Shown piece after piece: positions 15,137 to 21,074 of a stretch of DNA of 21,074 bases. Under the pieces are notes generated by a model. It was not told the origin of the DNA, made no database searches, and worked only from the letters and a program-made list of their open reading frames with translations. Made by a program: the position numbers and the translations under genes. How positions within the stretch are numbered: position 1 is the stretch's first letter; every line of letters starts with the position of its first letter. This DNA comes from Candidatus Micrarchaeota archaeon (GTDB taxonomy: Archaea; Micrarchaeota; Micrarchaeia; Norongarragalinales; UBA8480): the NCBI GenBank assembly GCA_043805855.1, contig JAZDHP010000021.1:1-21074 (forward strand), in the 5' to 3' direction.

Positions 15137-17155
15137 TCAACGCCTTTGTTTGAGACGCTGTTTTGCGCTTAGTGATTTACTTGTTTTATTTTCGTTTTTC
15201 GTCGTAGTTTTGTACTTTTTTCGTAGTCTGTTGTAAGTTGTTTCGCTTATTCTGCCAGTTATAAGTGCTTCGTCTAGCTTGTCAATTAAATCTTTTTTAC
15301 TCACCCGCACTTGCTTTAAGTTGCCGATAATTACAATGACTAAAATAATTACGCCGAGTGCAATTATTCCAAGTGCAACCATTTGTAAAATTCCAGCGTT
15401 TTCATTCACTTCTGTTATTGTTGCAGAAATTTGCGGTTCTGGCAGTAAAGGCAGTGCCGCAGTTACATTTATTGAGTGGTTCTTTGTTGGTCGGGGATTA
15501 ACTAATTCTTTTTCAATTGTGTTTTCAGCGTCTTGAAAACCAGTTGCTAATTCTCGTAAGCGTATTGCGCTGACTAGTGAGCTTAGTTCTTCAGTGCGGT
15601 TAGCTTCTTGCAAGCTGTAAAGCGCGTTTCCATAGTAAAGTTCAGCCCAAGCATTTTTGCTAGTTGAATAAATGTTACTGTTTTGTATTTTTGCACTTTC
15701 GTTAATAATTATGTCTAATGTTTTGTTTGTAAGTAAGTTGTTTGTTTTTTCTGCAGAAATTACAAACTGTAAGTCAAGAATTGTAGTTGCATAGTCAGCG
15801 TTTGCAAATTCATTTTTAGCTGTTTTAAAGTGCCACTGTACTTCGTTATCGCTGGTTTTGTTTGCAATAACTGCACTTTGTTCAATTAAATCAAGCGCGT
15901 ATTCTCGCACGTTTAGTTCATTTACTTTTTCGCCGGGGTTAATTGTTCTAGCGTAGGTAAATAGTTTTTGCGATGCATCGAACCACGCTTTTGCATTGTA
16001 GTAATCGCGCAAATTTTCTAGCGTAACTTGTTTTTTTGTTTGAAATTCTTGTTTTACGTCCTGTAGTCTTGTTTTTGCCCACCAGAAGCGCAACTGTGCT
16101 GCAGCAATTGCCTCGTAGTTGTTCGAGTCCATTTCAATTAAATTATTAGCGTTGTTTATCTCGCTTGTCAAATTGTTCAGCATTTGCGTGAATTTCTCAG
16201 GGGTTGTTTCTCCTGCGTTTGCAGTTTGTAAATTTATCTTCGCGAGAAAAGCAGTGTTCGCAGCAGTGTAGTAGTATCCCTTGTCTAGTGATTGCTGTGC
16301 GTTTTTCAAAGTTTCATTTACTGAACGCACGATTGCGCTTGTTTGAATATCTTTGTCGTTTATTAACTTCGTAGTTAGTTTTACTAATTCACGTTGTACG
16401 TTTATAATTTCTTCGCTTGCGATTTGCTTGAAGTGCGTTGTTTTGGAAGTTGCCTGGAAGTTTTCTAAAACTAGTGGCTTAATTGCAAATTCCGGCGCGT
16501 TTACTTTGCTTGCGTTTTTAGTGTAAGCGTAGTCAAGTGCATCTGCGAGGGTAGAAACTTCAACTACTTGCATTTCTCCCTTTGAAATTTCTTTACTGTA
16601 GATTACATAGTCAAGTGCATCTGCGTTGCTTTGTCCAGATGCGATTAGCATTAAATGTGCGTCATTTTCAAACGCTGCAACTACTTTTTCTTCTACTCCG
16701 CCTACTCTTTCAACTCGTCCCTCGGGGGTTATGGCGCCTGTGATAACTAAATCGCTTCTAATTGCCGGTGAACTTTCATTTACCAAGTGGCGTATCTCGT
16801 TGTAAATTGCAATTGCAAAAGCTAAACCGCCAGATGGTCCGTCTATTATTTGCGCTTGGCTAGTAATGTCGACGTTTATGTCAATGTTTTTCAAATTAAC
16901 TTTGCCCAGTTGGCTTGCTGCGCTTGCAGCGTTGCGTATAGATTCTTCAGTTTCAGTTGCAATTAGTGAACTCTGTATGTCAGTGCGGATTCTTCCGCTA
17001 CCAAGTGTAGCAGTTACAACTACTGGAGTGATTAGTCCTTTGCCGTCGCTGTCAACTGCCGGCGCGTTTACAATTGTAGATGCGTTTACAATTAATGAAA
17101 ATAGTAGTGGAAGTAACAGCACTGCTAAAGCTAGTAATGATAATTTAAATTTCAT
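15137..17155 (-). CDS. Archaeal Lon-like (S16) serine protease without ATPase domain; secreted and C-terminally membrane-anchored (COG1750-like)
   Basis: Signal peptide, DGPSGG (catalytic Ser), ITGAI..G.V..VGGVEEK (catalytic Lys), helical region, TM helix and basic tail. Confidence 0.88.
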   Translation of the reverse strand: MKFKLSLLALAVLLLPLLFSLIVNASTIVNAPAVDSDGKGLITPVVVTATLGSGRIRTDIQSSLIATETEESIRNAASAASQLGKVNLKNIDINVDITSQAQIIDGPSGGLAFAIAIYNEIRHLVNESSPAIRSDLVITGAITPEGRVERVGGVEEKVVAAFENDAHLMLIASGQSNADALDYVIYSKEISKGEMQVVEVSTLADALDYAYTKNASKVNAPEFAIKPLVLENFQATSKTTHFKQIASEEIINVQRELVKLTTKLINDKDIQTSAIVRSVNETLKNAQQSLDKGYYYTAANTAFLAKINLQTANAGETTPEKFTQMLNNLTSEINNANNLIEMDSNNYEAIAAAQLRFWWAKTRLQDVKQEFQTKKQVTLENLRDYYNAKAWFDASQKLFTYARTINPGEKVNELNVREYALDLIEQSAVIANKTSDNEVQWHFKTAKNEFANADYATTILDLQFVISAEKTNNLLTNKTLDIIINESAKIQNSNIYSTSKNAWAELYYGNALYSLQEANRTEELSSLVSAIRLRELATGFQDAENTIEKELVNPRPTKNHSINVTAALPLLPEPQISATITEVNENAGILQMVALGIIALGVIILVIVIIGNLKQVRVSKKDLIDKLDEALITGRISETTYNRLRKKYKTTTKNENKTSKSLSAKQRLKQRR

Positions 17156-17226
17156 ACAAAACACTACGAGCTAGGCTGTTTTAATAATTGTGTTTAACGT
17201 AGAAGACAAAGCTATAAATTGCTAAT

Positions 17227-17484
17227 CTACTTTCCAGTTGTTTTTTTCAACCCAGCTAAGTCGTTTTGGTTGATTATAAATTCAACTGCTCTAAGTTCGG
17301 CCATTAGTGAGTAGTAAGTTAGCTTTGCTTTGCATTTATTTAAACTAAGATCTTGGGTTTTTTCAATTGATTGTATGTAAGAAACGCGGGTGTCAAAAGT
17401 TTTGCCAAGTGAAAATACAAGTTTATCTCCAATGACTTCAATGTATCCTAAGCTGCTGCCGTCTGTTATTCCGTATTTTGGCAT
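17227..17484 (-). CDS. Hypothetical 85-aa protein
   Basis: Fills the gap between the protease and trpS; ATG start; no motif recognised. Confidence 0.6.
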   Translation of the reverse strand: MPKYGITDGSSLGYIEVIGDKLVFSLGKTFDTRVSYIQSIEKTQDLSLNKCKAKLTYYSLMAELRAVEFIINQNDLAGLKKTTGK

Positions 17485-17544
17485 AAATTTTGCTCAAATA
17501 GGTTACAACGCGTGGTTTTAAAATTCATTGCACTAAACATTTCC

Positions 17545-18660
17545 ATGGTAAATTTTATTGTTAACCCGTGGGAAGTAACCGGCGATATTGATTATGATTA
17601 TTTAATGAAACAGTTTGGTATAACGCCGTTACAAGAATTGCAGTTACCTTCTGTTTTTAAAGATAATTTTCTATTCCGTCGCGGTATCGTGTACGGTCAT
17701 CGTGATTTTGACAAATTCCTCACAGCGTTGAAGGAAAAAAAGAAACTCGTAATGATGACTGGTTTAATGCCAAGCGGGAAGTTCCACATTGGCCATGCGT
17801 TGTTGGTTGAACAAATGAAGTTCTACCAGTCGCTCGGCGCGAAATTGTATATTGCAGTTGCAGATGTGGAAGCGTATAACACGCGCAACGCTGACTTAAG
17901 TGAACTGCGTCGAGTAGCAATTGAAGAATATCTTGTTAATTACGTTGCGTTGGGGTTAGATTTGAAAAAGTGCGACGTTTACTTCCAATCCCAGCGCTCC
18001 AGTGAAGGAAAAAAGAGCAACGCTTACTATTCCTTAGCTAGCTTTGCTAGCCGGCATGTTACTTTTAACGAAGTCAAAGCAATTTACGGCGATATTACTC
18101 CTGCTAAACTTTCATCTTCTTTATTGCAAACTGCGGATATGCTTCACCCTCAGCTTCCTGAATTTGAAGGGCCGGTGAACGTGGTTGTTCCTGCTGGTAG
18201 TGACCAAGACCCGCATATTAAACTGTGCCGCGATATTGCGCAGCGTTTGAAATTGTTTAACTTGCTTCCGTTAAGTTCAACGTATCATGTTTTCCTCCCG
18301 GGATTAAAAGGTGGGAAAATGTCAAGCAGTGATCCCTCTTCTCACATTGCGCTTACTGAAACGCCTCAAGAAGCAGCAACAAAAATTAGGAAATACGCGT
18401 TTTCTGGCGGGCAGGCAACTCTCGAAGAACACCGTAAAAAAGGCGGGAATCCGGACATTGATATCAGCTTCCAGTATTTGCGAATGTATTTTGAACACGA
18501 TGATAAAAAGTTGCGTAAAATTTACGATGACTACAAGAGCGGTGCGCTGCTAACTGGTGAACTAAAGCAAATCGCAATTGACAAAGTTTCCCTGTTTTTA
18601 GCACAGCACGCAAAGAACCGCGAAAAGGCAAGGAAAACAATTGACAAAATGTTTGCTTAA
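17545..18660 (+). CDS. trpS: Tryptophan--tRNA ligase (archaeal type)
   Basis: VNPWEV.G.IDY, TGLMPSGKFHIGH, DQDPH, KMSSS, AFSGGQ, GGNPDID, GELK. ATG 17545 is the likely start. Confidence 0.97.
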   Translation: MVNFIVNPWEVTGDIDYDYLMKQFGITPLQELQLPSVFKDNFLFRRGIVYGHRDFDKFLTALKEKKKLVMMTGLMPSGKFHIGHALLVEQMKFYQSLGAKLYIAVADVEAYNTRNADLSELRRVAIEEYLVNYVALGLDLKKCDVYFQSQRSSEGKKSNAYYSLASFASRHVTFNEVKAIYGDITPAKLSSSLLQTADMLHPQLPEFEGPVNVVVPAGSDQDPHIKLCRDIAQRLKLFNLLPLSSTYHVFLPGLKGGKMSSSDPSSHIALTETPQEAATKIRKYAFSGGQATLEEHRKKGGNPDIDISFQYLRMYFEHDDKKLRKIYDDYKSGALLTGELKQIAIDKVSLFLAQHAKNREKARKTIDKMFA

Positions 18661-18722
18661 TTTCACTGTGATTATAGTTGGGTTTTTAAGTTTTTACTTC
18701 CTTTGCTTATTGTGAGTTTATT

Positions 18723-19106
18723 ATGAATGAATTGGAAACCTTTCGAGGGCAAATAGCTTCTAAAATAGGTGCAGCTTTGAAAAAAGCTCGAATAGCTAAT
18801 ACGGTTTCGGGCGGTTCTGTGCATGTCGTAGTTGATAATCTTCCTAATTTAACTGCTTTTGCTAAATTACCGCGCGATCAAACTCATGGAAGGCCTGTGC
18901 ACGAAATTGTTGCTAACTTAGCTAAGAAGGCGGTTTCTGAAATTGTTGGTGACAGCAAAGTTGGCGGTCATGTTTTCGTAGATTATAGCGAAACTCATCA
19001 CGTTGCTACTGCTGAAAAGCATCCCGCGGGTTTCCTTATGCCTGGCCAGCGTTTACATGCAGTCACGTTGAAAGTGCTATATAGCCACGAAGTTCCTCAG
19101 TTGTAA
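18723..19106 (+). CDS. Orphan His-rich protein, family B (paralog of 19854-20195)
   Basis: Fills the gap; shares MxEL, SG-x-x-V/I, NL and (V/I)H(E/Q)xVANL with the 19854 ORF. Confidence 0.7.
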   Translation: MNELETFRGQIASKIGAALKKARIANTVSGGSVHVVVDNLPNLTAFAKLPRDQTHGRPVHEIVANLAKKAVSEIVGDSKVGGHVFVDYSETHHVATAEKHPAGFLMPGQRLHAVTLKVLYSHEVPQL

Positions 19107-19107
19107 A

Positions 19108-19506
19108 TTAAATTTTAACTCGTTTTACTCCTTTTATTTTGTCAAACTCAGGGTCAAGCGAAGCTATTTGAGTTATGTTATTTAATTGTATGTAAGCTAA
19201 GTGCATTGATTTTTTAGGTGATAGTTGAGTGGTTTGGTAGTTTTCAAGCGTTTTGAAAATTACTAATTCATTACTTTGTAATATTGACAAGCTAGGCATT
19301 TTTGCCAGTCGGTCACATAGCCACATGGCTTGTTGTTTTCCAGATATTCGTGTAATTGTAGTTAAGGCATCAGTAAAGGTTAAAGGTGAGGTAGCTAAGC
19401 ATGGATATGAAAATATAAACTTTCTACAATTTGAGCCTTCTAGCGTGGCGTAAATTGCGCTTTCAGTGAAAATAGTGGTGTCGACGTAAATTAAGGGAGC
19501 TTCCAT
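19108..19506 (-). CDS. VapC-like PIN-domain toxin with a degenerate active site
   Basis: IYVDTTIF, TSPLT, SLDPEFDKIKGV; overlaps the upstream antitoxin. Confidence 0.85.
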   Translation of the reverse strand: MEAPLIYVDTTIFTESAIYATLEGSNCRKFIFSYPCLATSPLTFTDALTTITRISGKQQAMWLCDRLAKMPSLSILQSNELVIFKTLENYQTTQLSPKKSMHLAYIQLNNITQIASLDPEFDKIKGVKRVKI

Positions 19507-19766
19507 CTTTTCATGTCCTCAAATAGTTCTTCATCGCATATCTTTTCAATGTCAATTGGTTCATAATGCTTTTTGCCGTACTTGTGGACGTATTCGTTGA
19601 TTTCAGCTGCTATTTTCTCCATTTGCTCACTTTTCTTCTTAATTTCAAGCTGCTTGTTCTCGTTTGAAATTAACACTTCTTCACCCGGAAACAACTTAAA
19701 CTCATCGCGAAAAGCCTTTGGAATAACAACTTGTCCTTTTGGCCCGATTGTCATAACAAACTGCAT
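19491..19766 (-). CDS. AbrB/MazE/SpoVT-family antitoxin (VapB)
   Basis: IGPKGQVVIPKAFRDEFKLFPGEEV with an acidic C-terminus. ATG 19766 is the likely start. Confidence 0.92.
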   Translation of the reverse strand: MQFVMTIGPKGQVVIPKAFRDEFKLFPGEEVLISNENKQLEIKKKSEQMEKIAAEINEYVHKYGKKHYEPIDIEKICDEELFEDMKRWKLP

Positions 19767-19768
19767 AA

Positions 19769-19789
19769 AGTATAACCTCAAGTTATACT
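19769..19789. promoter_or_regulatory. Inverted repeat, candidate VapBC operator
   Basis: AGTATAAC-ctcaa-GTTATACT with perfect 8-bp arms, directly upstream of the antitoxin ATG. Confidence 0.65.
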
Positions 19790-19853
19790 CAAACAAAAGA
19801 GGTATTTATTCGTTACGCTTTAACTGTTTCAAAGTAATTTAGGTGATTTGTTT

Positions 19854-20195
19854 ATGCAAGAATTAAGCAGCGAAATTCGACGTTCTATGACCGCAGCAAG
19901 TGAAAAACTTAGTGGATTAGATTTAGCACATAAGTTTTCTGGCAGCAAAATTTTAGTTCCAGTTTTTGTCGGAGCTAATCTTGAAAAATTGAATGCTTTG
20001 CGTGAAAGAAAGAATTTGCGAGCAATTACTATTCATCAACTTGTTGCTAACCTAGTTCATGAGGGCGAGCGACCTGCGCATCATCAAATAATGCTTAGCA
20101 CGAGACCCATTAGACATTCGAAGCACACTAGTGGTGGGGCTAGGTATATAGAAATAGCGTTTCACGAGATATTCAAGTCTCAAGTTCCTAAATAA
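19854..20195 (+). CDS. Orphan basic His-rich protein, family B (paralog of 18723-19106)
   Basis: AGGTGA SD at 19841-19846; start is ATG 19854 or TTG 19848. Confidence 0.7.
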   Translation: MQELSSEIRRSMTAASEKLSGLDLAHKFSGSKILVPVFVGANLEKLNALRERKNLRAITIHQLVANLVHEGERPAHHQIMLSTRPIRHSKHTSGGARYIEIAFHEIFKSQVPK

Positions 20196-20225
20196 TTTGT
20201 CTTTTATTTTTTTCTTTTTTTAGCT

Positions 20226-20747
20226 CTACTGCAGGAAGTTTTTGTTTTCTTTGATTGTTTTTTTGAATTCTTCTAGGAGTTTGGCGTTTATTCTGTATTC
20301 TACTTTAAGCAGCGCTTCTAGTATTTCAAGAGCTTGTTTTTTTCCAATTGTTTTGCTTTTTAGCAGCAGTTTAATTATTCCAAGCGAGCCAATTGGCCTT
20401 AAATTAAATTGCTTTGCTAGAACTCTACCTTGGTGATCGTCTATAGCGATGAAATTCGTTTTTTCTTGAATTGCAAGAGAAATAGTCGCCTCTTCACCAG
20501 CGTCGCTAAACGGAATTTTAAAAACTTTATTTGCAGTTTTTACTTTTATTTGTCTATTGTCAATGTATTTTTGGACTACCTCGGCGTCGGGGGCTTTTAT
20601 TTCAATGCCATTTTCAACCACTTCGCGATAAACCGTTTCTTCTATTGACAAAGGGTTTTGAAATGCTTGTAAAAGTAGAGCTAAATGTCCAGATTTAGCG
20701 AATATTATCAAAATAGACGAATCGCAGACTGCGCTTGGTTTATACAC
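20226..20747 (-). CDS. PIN-domain protein, DUF3368/COG2405 type
   Basis: CDSSILI, VYREV, DAGEEATI, IDDHQGR..A..GSLGI. Confidence 0.9.
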   Translation of the reverse strand: MYKPSAVCDSSILIIFAKSGHLALLLQAFQNPLSIEETVYREVVENGIEIKAPDAEVVQKYIDNRQIKVKTANKVFKIPFSDAGEEATISLAIQEKTNFIAIDDHQGRVLAKQFNLRPIGSLGIIKLLLKSKTIGKKQALEILEALLKVEYRINAKLLEEFKKTIKENKNFLQ

Positions 20748-21033
20748 TTAAATCCTCCATTAAGTCTTTTTCATCGTAGTTCATTGTTATTCCGCGTTTT
20801 GCCAATTCGTGGTTCATTTCTCTCCAAGTTAGCCCTGCAATTTCAGCAGCTCTGCCAGTAGAAGCCCTTCCGGCGACGTATTCCGAAATAGCCTTTTCAA
20901 GTAAAATTTCCTTCAACCCCTTTTCCAGCACATATCTATAGACAAAACTAGTGTCACTTGTAGGTAAAAATTGCTTTACTTTTTCTATTCCTTCCATTTG
21001 TTTATCGTCAACGCGCAAAGATACCGTTCTCAC
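20740..21033 (-). CDS. UPF0175-family antitoxin with RHH-like N-terminus
   Basis: MRTVSLRV; Y..G..STGRAAEIAGL..E...L..RGI; GGTGA SD before the GTG; overlaps the PIN gene. Confidence 0.9.
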   Translation of the reverse strand: MRTVSLRVDDKQMEGIEKVKQFLPTSDTSFVYRYVLEKGLKEILLEKAISEYVAGRASTGRAAEIAGLTWREMNHELAKRGITMNYDEKDLMEDLSV

Positions 21034-21041
21034 AAAACATC

Positions 21042-21068
21042 ACCAGATATTACAATGCAATAACTGGT
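21042..21068. promoter_or_regulatory. Imperfect inverted repeat, candidate TA operator
   Basis: ACCAGATATT-acaatgc-AATAACTGGT (9/10 complementary), overlapping the SD of the antitoxin gene. Confidence 0.55.
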
Positions 21069-21074
21069 ATTAAA

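Noticed and set aside
397..20648. Shadow ORFs in the track (e.g. 397-579, 1197-1727, 2597-3082, 4302-5135, 6171-7130, 9144-9597, 9706-9993, 11707-12834, 13313-13519, 13772-14995, 15279-17174, 17720-18553, 19253-19842, 20242-20648)
   Set aside because: They are antisense or alternate-frame overlaps of well-supported genes and have no recognisable motifs.

Overview
Archaeal chromosome segment, most consistent with a DPANN lineage such as Micrarchaeota or Diapherotrites. This placement is inferred from archaeal FEN1, aMBF1, NAC, archease, Pcc1, EF-1alpha and uS10, a bacterial-type MetK, and many small orphan ORFs. The housekeeping backbone is metK (partial), an HTH-CBS regulator, DedA, two surface proteins, fen1, mbf1, site-2 protease, nac, archease, a 2H phosphoesterase, pcc1, a P-loop kinase, tuf-rps10-tRNA-Ser, a Lon-like S16 protease and trpS, followed by two PIN toxin-antitoxin pairs. 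The most unusual signals are: (1) the last 12 codons plus stop of fen1 (the PCNA-binding PIP box) are repeated 81 nt downstream, in frame, with only synonymous changes and a GC hairpin between the copies; (2) a tRNA-Ser(UGA) gene is interrupted by three BHB-type introns (15/16, 37/38, 59/60); (3) the first tRNA intron carries a hairpin element closely similar to the one in the fen1 duplication, suggesting a tiny mobile palindromic element; (4) there are two pairs of paralogous orphan proteins, one pair alternating with the TA modules. A degenerate triplication at 12693-13020 looks like an assembly artefact.
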